A DNA stretch of 64,000 nucleotides from Planctomycetota bacterium (lineage in GTDB: Bacteria; Planctomycetota; PLA2; JAEUHO01), in NCBI GenBank assembly GCA_050248855.1, contig JBFWRP010000004.1, positions 64,001 to 128,000 of the forward strand, in the 5' to 3' direction. Position numbers and translations under genes: made by a program. The notes beneath the pieces are model-generated. The model was not told where the DNA came from. It searched no databases and worked only from the letters and a program-made list of their open reading frames with translations. Of the stretch, positions 37,728 through 50,464 are shown in pieces. Numbering within the stretch: position 1 is the first letter of the stretch; each line of letters opens with the position of its first letter.

Positions 37728-40373
37728 ATGACGTGGCACGCGCTTCCGGCCGAGACCGCCTGCACGCGTCTCCGCGTGGACCCCGAGCGCGGTCTCTCCG
37801 AGCAGGAGGCCGCGGCCCGGCACGCGGAGCAGGGCCCCAACCGCCTGGTCGAGGCCCCGCCTCCGCCCTGGTGGACGGGTCTCGTGCGTCAACTGAAGAG
37901 CGTGCTCGTGGGCATCCTCGCCGTCGCCGCCGTGCTCGCCTTCGTCCTCGGGGAGCCGCTCGACGGCGCCGTCATCCTGGGCATCCTCCTCGTGAACGCG
38001 CTGCTCGGCTTCCTGCAGGAGCGCCGCGCCGAGGCGGCGATCCGCGCGCTGGCCAGCCTGTTGGCGCCGACCGCCAGCGTCCGTCGCGAAGGCCGGGTGC
38101 GGAGCCTCCCCGCCGCCGAGCTGGTGCCCGGCGACATCGTGCGCGTCGAGACCGGCGACCGCGTGCCTGCGGACCTGCGCGTCCTCCACGGTACGGAGCT
38201 GCGGGCCGACGAGGCAGCGCTCACCGGCGAGTCGGCGTCGGTCGCCAAGCAGGTGGAGCCGGTCGCAAAGGACGCGGACCTCGCCGTGCAGTCTTCGTGC
38301 GTGTGGTCGGGCACCACGATCGTGAACGGGCACGGCGAGGGCGTCGTCATCGCCACGGGCATGGCGACGCAGTTCGGTCGCATCGCCGCGCTGACCAGCA
38401 CCGTCCAGACCGGGGGCACGGTGCTCGAAGCACGCATGGCCTCGCTGGGTCGCCTGCTCGGCCTGCTGGGCCTTGCCGCAGCGGCGGTCGTCGTGGTGCT
38501 GGGGCTCCTGCATGGCGAGGGCGCCACGACCATCCTCATGACCGGACTGGCGCTGGCCGTGGCCGTCGTGCCCGAGGGACTGCCCGCGGTGGTCACGATC
38601 ACCTTGGCCCTCGGCGTGCGTCGCATGGCGGCGCGCGGCGCGCTGCCGCGCCGCCTGGCCGCCATCGAGACGCTGGGCTCGGCCACGGCCATCGTCACCG
38701 ACAAGACGGGCACGTTGACGGCCGGCGAGATGACGGTGCGCACCGTGTGGACGCCCGCGGCGATCTACCACGTCGAGGGCTTGGGCTACGCGCCCACCGG
38801 TACGTGGCAGCGCGAGCTCGCGGGCGACGCGGGGCGTGAGCCCGTGACGGCCGAGACGGCGCCGGACCTCGTGGCGCTCCTCGATGCGGCCGAGCGCAGC
38901 AGCCGCGCGACGCTGCAGCACGTGGACGGGACCTGGCAGGCCGTCGGCGAGCCGACGGAAGCGGCTCTCGTCGTCGCTGCGCGCAAGCTGGGCCTGACGG
39001 CGCCCGAGGACGCACCGCTGCTCGAGCTGCCCTTCACGTCCGCGCGTCGACGCGCGTCGGCGCTGCATGCCGACGGCACGACGCGGCGGCTCTCGCTCAA
39101 GGGGGCCCCCGAGGTCGTCCTGGACTTGGTGGCAGCCGAACCGGGCGACGACGCGCTCGAGGCCGCGCGCCGCGCCTACCGCTCGTTTGCCGGGCGGGGC
39201 TTGCGCACGCTGGCCGTGGCCCGCCGCATCCTCCCGGACGACGCGCCGGCGGACCCGGCGGCGCTGGAGCGCGACCTGCGACTGCTGGGGTTGGTCGCCA
39301 TCCAGGACCCGCCGCGCGCCGGCGCGGCCGATGCCGTGCGGGAAGCGGGCGAGGCGGGCATCCAGGTGCTGATGGCGACCGGCGACGCCCCCGAGACCGC
39401 ACTGGCCATCGCGCACGAGGTCGGCCTGCCCGCCACGCACGCCCTGCTCGGCCGCGACGTCGAGGCCGCGGACGACGCCACGCTGGATGCCAAGCTGCGC
39501 GGCCCGGTCGTGCTGGCGCGGGCCACGCCCGAGCAGAAGCTGCGCGTGGTGCGCTGCCTCGAAGCACGCGGCGAGGTCGTCGCCATGACCGGGGACGGCG
39601 TCAACGACGCGCCCGCGCTCAAGGAAGCCGACGTGGGCGTGGCCATGGGCCGGCGCGGCACGGATGTGGCCCGGGAAGCCAGTGACCTCGTGCTCGCCGA
39701 CGACGACTTCTCGACGCTCGTGCACGCCGTCGAAGAGGGGCGGCGCGAGCTGGAGAACATCCGCAAGTTCGTCGGCTACCTGCTCGGCAGCAACGTCGGC
39801 GAGGTCGTGGCCCTGCTCCTGGGCCTGCTGGTGGGTGGCCCCCTGCTGTTGCTTCCGGCGCAGATCCTCTGGGTCAACGTCGTCACGGACGCGCTGACGG
39901 CCATCGCCCTGGGCTTCGAACCGGCCGAACGCGACCTGATGCGCCGCCCGCCCCACCCACGCCACCGGCCTCTCCTGGACCGTTTCGACATCGGGCGCGT
40001 GCTCTTGAGCGGCGGCTGGATCGGCCTCGGCACGTGGTGGCTCTTCGACCGACACGGGGGATCGCTCGCCGAAGCGCGCACGGTCGCCTTCACGGCGCTC
40101 GTCATCCTGGAGCAGGTCAACCTGCTCGCGTGGCGCACGCTGCGCGTGCCCGTCAGCCAGGTCGGCTGGTGGGCCAACCCCTGGCTGCTGGTGGCGCTGC
40201 TCGGGGCCCTCGGCCTGCAGGTGCTCGCCGTGTACGCCCCACCCCTCCAGCACGTACTGGGCACCGTGCCGATCCCGGCGTCGGCGTGGTTGCTGGCGCT
40301 GGGCCTTGCCCTGCCCCTGTTCCTCGTGCCCGAGCTGGTCAAGATCCGGGGTGTCCGGAAGGCGGCCTCGTAG
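37728..40373 (+). CDS. Cation-transporting P-type ATPase, P2A (Ca2+-type)-like (881 aa)
   Basis: TGES, VPEGLP, DKTGT, KGAPE, DPPR, TGD, MTGDGVNDAPALK, GSNVGE (M5), QILWVNVVTD (M6). Confidence 0.93.
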   Translation: MTWHALPAETACTRLRVDPERGLSEQEAAARHAEQGPNRLVEAPPPPWWTGLVRQLKSVLVGILAVAAVLAFVLGEPLDGAVILGILLVNALLGFLQERRAEAAIRALASLLAPTASVRREGRVRSLPAAELVPGDIVRVETGDRVPADLRVLHGTELRADEAALTGESASVAKQVEPVAKDADLAVQSSCVWSGTTIVNGHGEGVVIATGMATQFGRIAALTSTVQTGGTVLEARMASLGRLLGLLGLAAAAVVVVLGLLHGEGATTILMTGLALAVAVVPEGLPAVVTITLALGVRRMAARGALPRRLAAIETLGSATAIVTDKTGTLTAGEMTVRTVWTPAAIYHVEGLGYAPTGTWQRELAGDAGREPVTAETAPDLVALLDAAERSSRATLQHVDGTWQAVGEPTEAALVVAARKLGLTAPEDAPLLELPFTSARRRASALHADGTTRRLSLKGAPEVVLDLVAAEPGDDALEAARRAYRSFAGRGLRTLAVARRILPDDAPADPAALERDLRLLGLVAIQDPPRAGAADAVREAGEAGIQVLMATGDAPETALAIAHEVGLPATHALLGRDVEAADDATLDAKLRGPVVLARATPEQKLRVVRCLEARGEVVAMTGDGVNDAPALKEADVGVAMGRRGTDVAREASDLVLADDDFSTLVHAVEEGRRELENIRKFVGYLLGSNVGEVVALLLGLLVGGPLLLLPAQILWVNVVTDALTAIALGFEPAERDLMRRPPHPRHRPLLDRFDIGRVLLSGGWIGLGTWWLFDRHGGSLAEARTVAFTALVILEQVNLLAWRTLRVPVSQVGWWANPWLLVALLGALGLQVLAVYAPPLQHVLGTVPIPASAWLLALGLALPLFLVPELVKIRGVRKAAS

Positions 40374-40412
40374 GTTGTGGCCCCGGCGCCAGGCGGCGCC
40401 GGGAGCTTCCCC

Positions 40413-40757
40413 GTGGGTGCGATCTTCCGTACGTCGATCCTGTTGGCCCTGTCGAACACCGTCATGACGCTTGCCTGGTACGGGCACTTGCGCTGGTTCA
40501 AGGCCTGGCCCTGGGTCCTGGCCGCCCTCGCGTCCTGGGGCATCGCCTTCTTCGAGTACATGCTGCAAGTGCCCGCCAATCGCCTCGGGCACCAGACGAT
40601 GTCGATCGTCCAGCTCAAGGTGCTGCAAGAGGCGATCAGCCTGGCGGTGTTCGTGCCGGTCTCCGCGTGGGTCCTGAAGGAGCGCGTGGGCTGGGACTTC
40701 GCCCTGTCCGGCGTGTTCCTGGTGCTGGCCGTCGTCTTCGCCTTCCGCGGGCGCTAG
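40413..40757 (+). CDS. DMT-superfamily small membrane protein (DMT_6/DUF486-like, 114 aa)
   Basis: GGGAG RBS plus GTG. SNTVMTLAWYGHL, SWGIAFFEY.LQVPANRLG, QLKVLQEAISL. Confidence 0.85.
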   Translation: MGAIFRTSILLALSNTVMTLAWYGHLRWFKAWPWVLAALASWGIAFFEYMLQVPANRLGHQTMSIVQLKVLQEAISLAVFVPVSAWVLKERVGWDFALSGVFLVLAVVFAFRGR

Positions 40758-41748
40758 CCCTGCGGCAGCGTGACGTTGCCCCCCGACAACACGACGGCCA
40801 CGGTCGTCCCCAGGTGGTCGGCCGCGTGGCCGGCCAGCGCCGCGAGCGACACGGCGCCGGAGGGCTCGACCACGAGCTTGACGCGTTCGGCGAGGAACCG
40901 CATCCACCTCAGCGTGTCCTCGTCCGGGACGCGACGGATGCCGGCCAGGTGCTTGCGCAAGATCGAGAACGTCCGTGCGGACAAGGAGGTCCGAAGCCCG
41001 TCGGCGATCGTGTCGGCCCGCCCGCCCGGCAAGGCCTCCACGCCCAGCAAGCGACCGGCCTCCAGCGAGCGGGCCGCATCGTCGGCGCCCGCGGGCTCGG
41101 CGCCGTACACGGCGACGGGTCCGCGCGTGCCCGTCGCCATCGCCGCGGCCACGGCCAAGCACGTTCCACTGGCCAGCCCACCGCCCCCCACCGGCACGTA
41201 GATCGCTTCCACGTCCGGCGCCTGCTCGAGGATCTCCGCGGCCACGCTCGCCTGCCCCGCGATCACCCGGACGTCGTCGTACGGATGGACGAAGGTCGCA
41301 CCCGTGGCGTCGGCGACGTGGGCGGCCGTCGCCTCGCGGTCGGCGACCGTGGGCGCGCAGCCGATCACCATGGCTCCGTACCCTTCGACGGCCGCGCGCT
41401 TCACGGGCGGCGCGTCGTGGGGCATCACGACCCAGCACGGGATGCCGCGCTCGCGGGCCGCGAACGCCAACGCCTGGGCGTGGTTGCCCGAGGAGTGCGT
41501 GAGCACACCGCGCGCAGCCTCCTCGTCGGACAACGCACGGACGGCGTTCGTGGCGCCGCGCGCCTTGAAGGCCCCCACCTTCTGGAGGTTCTCGCACTTC
41601 AGGACGACGCGGCAGCCCAGCGCTTCGTCGAGCGTCCGCGAGGTGAACAGGGGCGTCACGTGGACGCGGCCCGCGATGCGTGCCCGCGCTGCCTCCAGGT
41701 CGGCACCCGTCGGCACCGCGGGGCCCGGCTCCGGAAGGCGGTCCGTGA

Positions 41749-41758
<10 letters not shown>
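40754..41758 (-). CDS. PLP-dependent threonine/serine dehydratase or serine racemase family protein, no ACT domain (~334 aa)
   Basis: KCENLQKVGAFKARGA, HSSGNHAQA, HPYDD, PVGGGGL, TIADG, VVEPSGA, SGGN. Start overlaps the guaA stop (alternative GTG 41716). Confidence 0.88.
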
Positions 41759-44825
<3,067 letters not shown>

Positions 44826-46805
44826 TCAGGCGTCGGACCGGCGCCGTGACACGCCGCGGGAGAGGGCGAGGTCCAGCACCAACAGCAGCGCACCCAATGC
44901 CAGGAACCGCGTGCGCCAGCGTTCGACGGGGGGCGTCGTGCGCGCGGCGGGTGGGGGCAGGGCGCCGAGGGGCACGCCCGGTGCGATCGAGCGACCCGCG
45001 TCGTCCGGCAGGACGCCCACGCGCCACGCGCCGGCGTCCTCGCCCGCGGCGCGCAGCTCGAGGAGGCCCGCCGCCTCCCGGGGCACGTTCAACGTGGTGC
45101 CCTCCGGGGCCACGCGGGGGCCACGCGTCACGCCCGCCGAGAGCGGTTCCAGGACGGCATCGCGCGCAAAGCCCGACCACGCCAGCTCGAACGGCCCGCC
45201 CGCTGCCAACGGTGCCGACGGACGGAGCGGGGCGCCGGCCCGGACCAGGGGCGGGAACGGTCGCGCGGGCGCCACCACGAGGCGCTCTACGGCCGCGCGC
45301 ACGAGCAGGGGCAGGTCGGCCTGCAGCGGCAAGGCGCTGCGCTCGGGGTCCAGGCCCAGCGCCACGTAACGCACGCGACCGCGCACGCCCTCGGCCAGCA
45401 CCGCATGACCGCCGGCAAAGGCCAAGGGAACGAGTCCCTCGCCCCGCAGCGCGCGCCCGGTCAAGGCGCGGGCTGCGCCGAAGGCGCGCTCGGGCACGAG
45501 AGGATGACCCGACACCGTGCGCCAGACGAGCGGCTCGACCAGCTCGGGCCCGAGCTCGAACGGCAAGTCGCCTGCGAGCGGCCCGAGGAAGATCCACGCG
45601 CCGCTCTGCAGGACGCCCTCGGGCAAGGCCACGCCGTCCACCAGCACGACGTCGTGGCGCGGCGGCCCCTCCTCGCCGCCGAAGACGCGGGCGAGGTCGC
45701 GCACGGCGACGATGCCGCTGGCCTCGACGTCGACGTCGGGTCCGAGCGCGTCGACGACGGCTTGCGTGTAGGGGCGCACGCGGCCGCCGTGGACGAGGAG
45801 GACCGAGGGCTTGGGCGCGGACGCCAGCACGGCGCGCAGCTCGTCGTTGGCGCCCCACGCGTCCTGCCCGAGCAGCTCGGCCACCACGAGGCTGCTCGAC
45901 CGGGGCTGCGGGAAGCGCGCGGAGACCGTCGCCGTGGAGCGGGCCGCCAGGGCGACCTCCCGCTCGTGCACCACGAGGCTGCCGACGCGCAGACGCAGCG
46001 TGCGACGCGTGGGCACGACGTCGACGCTCGCGAGGACGACCGTCGCGTCCACGGCGCCGTCGTCCGCGTCGACCAGTTGCAGGTCCACGACGCCCTGGTC
46101 GGCGCGCGTGCCCCCGAGGCCGTGCCGCACGACCGCGACGTCGGGCGGGACCTCCACGCTGCCGCTCGCGCGCGCAGAGATCACGACGACGCGGCCCCCC
46201 CCACGCTCGTGCACGGCCGCAGCCGCGCGCGCCACGACGACGTCGAGGTCCACGAGGGCTGCCGAGGGGCCCGCCGCACCACCTCGGACGCCCTCGAGCA
46301 GGGCCACCGGGTCGGTGGTGAAGGGCGCCAGCACCTCCACGGTGCGCGCGGCGCGCCAGACGGCCGCCGGCGCGAGGAGTCCGTCCGCGCCGTACGCCAG
46401 GGACCGCAGCCAGGCGCGGAGCGCCGTGTCCGCGTGGGCCGCGCGCGTCCGTCCGTCGGGCTCGACGGCGCTCGTCGTGCGGTCGGCATCCACGACGAAC
46501 AGCGTGGTGCGGCCTGCGGCGCTTGGCCCGGCCGGCGCGAGCCCGGCCAGGGCCGCGGTCCAGGCGGCCAAGGCACCGAGCCGCGCCGCGAGGGCCAGTC
46601 GGTCTCGCACGCGACGGAAGCGCGCACTCTTGTCGACGGGGGCCAGGCCCTCGAGCACGAGGCGCAGCGAGGCGACACGCATGCGGCGGCGCCGCTTGAG
46701 GTGCAGGTGGAGCACCACGAGCGGAACCGCCAGGAGCAGCGCGAAGAGGGCGCGCGGCTCCCCCACCGTCCACGCGGCCAGCGGGGCGAGGGCGTCGGTG
46801 CTCAT
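44826..46805 (-). CDS. BatA N-terminal domain / VWA-like membrane protein (659 aa)
   Basis: 'EPRALFALLLAVPLVVLHLHLKRRRRMRVASLRL...LAG' BatA pattern, degenerate 'FVVDADRT' VWA-like strand, 'DAWGAND', 'DLPLLV', C-terminal TM helix. Confidence 0.7.
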   Translation of the reverse strand: MSTDALAPLAAWTVGEPRALFALLLAVPLVVLHLHLKRRRRMRVASLRLVLEGLAPVDKSARFRRVRDRLALAARLGALAAWTAALAGLAPAGPSAAGRTTLFVVDADRTTSAVEPDGRTRAAHADTALRAWLRSLAYGADGLLAPAAVWRAARTVEVLAPFTTDPVALLEGVRGGAAGPSAALVDLDVVVARAAAAVHERGGGRVVVISARASGSVEVPPDVAVVRHGLGGTRADQGVVDLQLVDADDGAVDATVVLASVDVVPTRRTLRLRVGSLVVHEREVALAARSTATVSARFPQPRSSSLVVAELLGQDAWGANDELRAVLASAPKPSVLLVHGGRVRPYTQAVVDALGPDVDVEASGIVAVRDLARVFGGEEGPPRHDVVLVDGVALPEGVLQSGAWIFLGPLAGDLPFELGPELVEPLVWRTVSGHPLVPERAFGAARALTGRALRGEGLVPLAFAGGHAVLAEGVRGRVRYVALGLDPERSALPLQADLPLLVRAAVERLVVAPARPFPPLVRAGAPLRPSAPLAAGGPFELAWSGFARDAVLEPLSAGVTRGPRVAPEGTTLNVPREAAGLLELRAAGEDAGAWRVGVLPDDAGRSIAPGVPLGALPPPAARTTPPVERWRTRFLALGALLLVLDLALSRGVSRRRSDA

Positions 46806-47686
46806 CGGGCCGGCCTGCCCCAGCCCACGCCCAGCAAGCGCGGCAAGACCTCCCAGACCGGCGTGCGCGCATCGACGCGCAGGTAGCGCACGCCGCGGCC
46901 CACGCACCACGCCTCGAGACGCCGCGCCCGACGCCGCCACGCCGACCGCACGGAGGCCTGGAGCTCCTCGGTCACGTCCACCTTGCGCGTGGCCCCCGTC
47001 TCGGCGTCTTCGCAGAGCAGCGCCTGCCCCAGCGGCAAGTCGACGTCGGCCGCGTCCACGACGTGCACGACCACGACATCCAGGCCGCGGGCGCGCAACA
47101 GCGCGATGCCGTCCACGCCGGCCCGCGCGTCGTGGAAGTCGGAGAGCACGACCGAGAGCGTCCGACGCCGCCGTCCCACGAGCGCGCGCGCCAAGTCCCC
47201 GGCCAGGTCCGTGCGGCCGCCGAGCGGCGCCGTCGCCACCTCGTCGAGCCAGCGCCCCGCCGCACCGCGGCCGGGGAACAACGCCGTGGCGCCGTCCGCC
47301 GTGGCGGGCAGCCAGGCGAGACGTACCCGGTCCAGCTGCGCGAGCGTCACGTAGCCGAGCGCGCCCGCCAGGCGCCGTGCGGCGAACGACTTGGGCCCCT
47401 CCATGGACGGGCTGCGATCCAGGGCGACCAGGAGCTCCATCGCCTCCTCGGCTTCGAAGCGCTTGACCACGAGGTCGCCCAGGCGCGCATAGACGTTCCA
47501 GTCGACGTAGCGCAAGTCGTCGCCCGGCGCGTAGTCGCGGTGGTCGGCGAACAGGCCGCTCGCTCCGAAGCGACGGCTCTGCCAATCCCCGGCCAGCGGT
47601 ACGCCATGGGGCTTGGCAGGCTTCAACCGCAAGTTCTCCAGCCGCCGGCGCTCGGCGTCGGTGAACAGCGGAGCCGGCGCCGTCAC
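46802..47686 (-). CDS. DUF58-domain protein (294 aa)
   Basis: GASGLFADHRDYAPGDDLRYVDWNVYARL..LVVKRFE, LDRSPSM, VVLSDF, EDAETG. Confidence 0.92.
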   Translation of the reverse strand: MTAPAPLFTDAERRRLENLRLKPAKPHGVPLAGDWQSRRFGASGLFADHRDYAPGDDLRYVDWNVYARLGDLVVKRFEAEEAMELLVALDRSPSMEGPKSFAARRLAGALGYVTLAQLDRVRLAWLPATADGATALFPGRGAAGRWLDEVATAPLGGRTDLAGDLARALVGRRRRTLSVVLSDFHDARAGVDGIALLRARGLDVVVVHVVDAADVDLPLGQALLCEDAETGATRKVDVTEELQASVRSAWRRRARRLEAWCVGRGVRYLRVDARTPVWEVLPRLLGVGWGRPAR

Positions 47687-48972
47687 CGCCCCGCCTCGCT
47701 GCGACGCAGCCGCCTACGGAGCGCATCGAAGTAGCGCACGAGGAAGGCGCGCTCGTCCGGCGCGAGCCGCTCGCGCGCCAGCGCTTCCTCGGCGGAGCGC
47801 TCCAGCTCGGGCAAGGCCTGGTCCAAGGGTCGATACTGCGGCGCTTGCGTACCGGCGTCCGGATCGCGCACCGCGACCACGGCGTCCTCCTTCTGCATGG
47901 CCTCGGCGTCCGCGGTGAACGGCTCCACGACCTCGATGCGCGACGGAGGCTTGGGCTCGGGAGGCGGCGGCGGCTCCTCGCCCGTCTCGGGCGTCGGTTC
48001 CGGCGGCGGGGGTTCCGGAGGCGGCTCGGGCGGCGGCTCGTCGGCGCCCCCTCCGCCCCCGCCTGCGCCCTCGTGCACCTCGATCCATGCGCGGCCCACG
48101 AGCACCGGGTTGGCGACGAAGCGCGGTGCGCCCGGCACGGGCTCGACGAAGAGGTCCAAGCGGTGCTTGCCCGGGGTGACGCGCTCGCGCAGGCCGGGCA
48201 CGTCGTCGAAGCGGACGTCCAACGGCAGGTCCAGCGCACGGCCGGGCTGCAGGAGCACGTCTTGGAGCACGAAGGGGCCGGCCTCGTCCCACGTCATCGC
48301 GAGGCGCGCCGAGACGGGAGCCGGGCGGCCGCTGCGGTCGCGCACGCCCAGGTCCGGCACGACGAAGGGGAACCGCAGTCGCATGCGCACGCCCGGCGCG
48401 TCCACGCCGAGGCGGAGCGGCGTCGCCGGGTCCAGGCGCGGCGTGCGACGGCTGACGGCGTCCGCGTCCAGCACCGGTGCGTCCTGCGCGATGGGACCGT
48501 ACGCCGCGGCGCCGCGCGCCAACAGGTCCACGAGGGCCTCGCGCGAGGCGCGCCCCGGCGCTGCGGTCCAGCCCACCGCTTGCGCCAGGACACGCCCCTG
48601 CGGGTCGATCACGACATGCGTGGGGCTCTCGGCCAGCACGGCCTCCGTGGGCAGGAACTTGAGCGTGAGCGCGCACGCGAAGAGACGGCTGGCCGCGACG
48701 ACCTCGGGATGGCGGTAGAGGTCGAGCCACGGGCCCAGCGCATGGGGCCATGTGGCCTCGCCCGTCGCCGGACGGGCGTGCAGCGCGATCCAGAGGGGAC
48801 GACCGGCGTCGCGTGCCGCGGCGAGCGCATGCTCCACCTGGGCGAACCAGGCGACGCCGTCGGTGCGCGGGGACGCCGCATCGTCCTCGGCGCGGACCTC
48901 CGTGGGTGCGCCGGGCCACGCGCCGAGCAGGGCGACCAGCACGACGAGCCGCGTCCATCGACGGCGCCTCAC
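47683..48972 (-). CDS. Secreted hypothetical protein: CxxC-less thioredoxin-like domain, Pro/Glu linker, conserved-looking C-terminal helix (429 aa)
   Basis: GTGA overlaps at both ends. Signal peptide ..VRA|EDD, 'VAWFAQVEHALAAARDAGRPLWI', EPPPEPPP linker, C-terminal 'AEEALARERLAPDERAFLVRYFDAL'. Confidence 0.65.
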   Translation of the reverse strand: MRRRRWTRLVVLVALLGAWPGAPTEVRAEDDAASPRTDGVAWFAQVEHALAAARDAGRPLWIALHARPATGEATWPHALGPWLDLYRHPEVVAASRLFACALTLKFLPTEAVLAESPTHVVIDPQGRVLAQAVGWTAAPGRASREALVDLLARGAAAYGPIAQDAPVLDADAVSRRTPRLDPATPLRLGVDAPGVRMRLRFPFVVPDLGVRDRSGRPAPVSARLAMTWDEAGPFVLQDVLLQPGRALDLPLDVRFDDVPGLRERVTPGKHRLDLFVEPVPGAPRFVANPVLVGRAWIEVHEGAGGGGGGADEPPPEPPPEPPPPEPTPETGEEPPPPPEPKPPSRIEVVEPFTADAEAMQKEDAVVAVRDPDAGTQAPQYRPLDQALPELERSAEEALARERLAPDERAFLVRYFDALRRRLRRSEAGR

Positions 48973-49652
48973 CGCGGCACGCTCCGCGGGGCATCGTCCG
49001 CAGGCAGGGCCTCGACGGGCAGCGGGTCGACCGCGAACCAGCGGAGCCAAAGCTCGGTGTCGAAGCGACCGCGGCCCGTGGTGGGATCGCCGTCGGGGGC
49101 GGCCAGACCCGTCTCGTCGCCGCGACCGATCCCGCGCTCGCCGAACAGGCCGTCCACACCGGGCGCCAGCAGCAGGAACGCGAAGAGCAGGGCCAGCAGC
49201 CGCCGCGGCCAGCGCATGCGGTCGGGCCCCCGACCGTTCGCGCCAGGAGGCGCCGCCGCCGCGAGCAGGCTCGCGGCCTGGCTCCCGAGCGCGCGGTCCA
49301 CGCGGGTGCGCGGTGGGTCCACGTCCAGGGCGGTCGACGCCTGGTCCTTCAGGTCCAGCTGGTCGTCCAGCCGTCGCGCGAGGGCGGCGAGGTCGCGCCG
49401 CCCGGCGCCCAACGCCAGCAGGCGCAGGGGCCACGCGAGCAGCAGCAGACCCGCGGCGACGGCCAACGTGGGCACGACGTGGCCTTCGAGCGACGAGAGC
49501 AGCGGCAAGGGGCGCAGCGCGCGGTTCGTGAAGGCCAGCACGCAAGCCGCCACCAGCACGAGGAGATGCACGACCCGCTGACGTCGGCTGCCGCGGCGCA
49601 GCGCCATGCCGCGTCCGAGGCGGCCAAGCTGGGACGTGAGGGGCGAGGCCAC
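48969..49652 (-). CDS. Hypothetical membrane protein (start 49652 or 49607)
   Basis: Three TM segments and 'LARRLDDQLDLKDQASTAL'; first gene of the coupled operon, with a TAGGCT box at 49684-49689. Confidence 0.6.
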   Translation of the reverse strand: MASPLTSQLGRLGRGMALRRGSRRQRVVHLLVLVAACVLAFTNRALRPLPLLSSLEGHVVPTLAVAAGLLLLAWPLRLLALGAGRRDLAALARRLDDQLDLKDQASTALDVDPPRTRVDRALGSQAASLLAAAAPPGANGRGPDRMRWPRRLLALLFAFLLLAPGVDGLFGERGIGRGDETGLAAPDGDPTTGRGRFDTELWLRWFAVDPLPVEALPADDAPRSVPR

Positions 49653-49776
49653 GCGCTGGGTTCCCGGGGTCGGAAGGCCGGTCAGCCTACCCCGGGGCCA
49701 ACCGCCTCCCGGCGTGGTGACGAAACGGCGACCCACGTCGAGGCCCCCGTGGCCAGGTCACGGTAGGTTTGGGCCC

Positions 49777-50397
49777 ATGGACCAAGCCGAGCGGCAGATC
49801 ATCGCCTGGCTGTGCATCCTCGTGGGCTCGTACTTCATGGCCAAGAGCGCCGTGAGCCGACGCGACCGCGGCCAGATGCGCGAGCTGCTCGGCCTTCCGC
49901 TCGACAAGGTCAGGCGCTTCCGCGACTTCTTCGTCCAGCGCTTGGAGCGCATGGTCGGCTTCACGTTCGTGCTGATCGGCGTGGCCATCCACCTCTACGT
50001 GGTCGTGCGCCATCACCAGCGCGCCACCGGAGCCAGCAACCCCCAGGCGGCGCTCGCCCACATCAGCACGTACCTCGCCATCGCCATCGGCGCGATGTTC
50101 GTGATCACGGCGGCGATGCACTACATCTGCTCGTACTTCGCGCGGAAGATCTTCCTCGACATCCTCGGCTACCTGATGGTCCGGCAGCGCTACCGGCTCG
50201 GCGACGACCCCCGGCTCATGAAGCAGATCGGGGAGATGCTCGGCGTCGACCACGAAGACGCGGACACGGTCGAGTCCTACACGAAGCGCATCGAGGACGC
50301 GCTCAAGCTGGACACGATCCGTGCGGACCTGCTGCGTCAGGGCAAGCTGCCCGATCTCGACGCCCCGGGCGTGACGCGCGAGCCCCCCGTGCGGTAG
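49777..50397 (+). CDS. Hypothetical membrane protein (206 aa)
   Basis: Strong GC3 codon bias, three TM segments, TAGGTT box 7 nt before the ATG. Confidence 0.7.
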   Translation: MDQAERQIIAWLCILVGSYFMAKSAVSRRDRGQMRELLGLPLDKVRRFRDFFVQRLERMVGFTFVLIGVAIHLYVVVRHHQRATGASNPQAALAHISTYLAIAIGAMFVITAAMHYICSYFARKIFLDILGYLMVRQRYRLGDDPRLMKQIGEMLGVDHEDADTVESYTKRIEDALKLDTIRADLLRQGKLPDLDAPGVTREPPVR

Positions 50398-50464
50398 CGA
50401 GCCGTCGGGCCCAGGCTCGGCCCTCGGCGGGCGGCGCGTAGGATGCGCCCCCGAGGAATCTCCG

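Noticed and set aside
37656..41597. 1313-aa minus-strand ORF (likewise 50303-53872, 10927-13437, 56578-59709, 8396-11128)
   Set aside because: Antisense shadows of well-supported genes (P-type ATPase, valS/purF, fusA and others).
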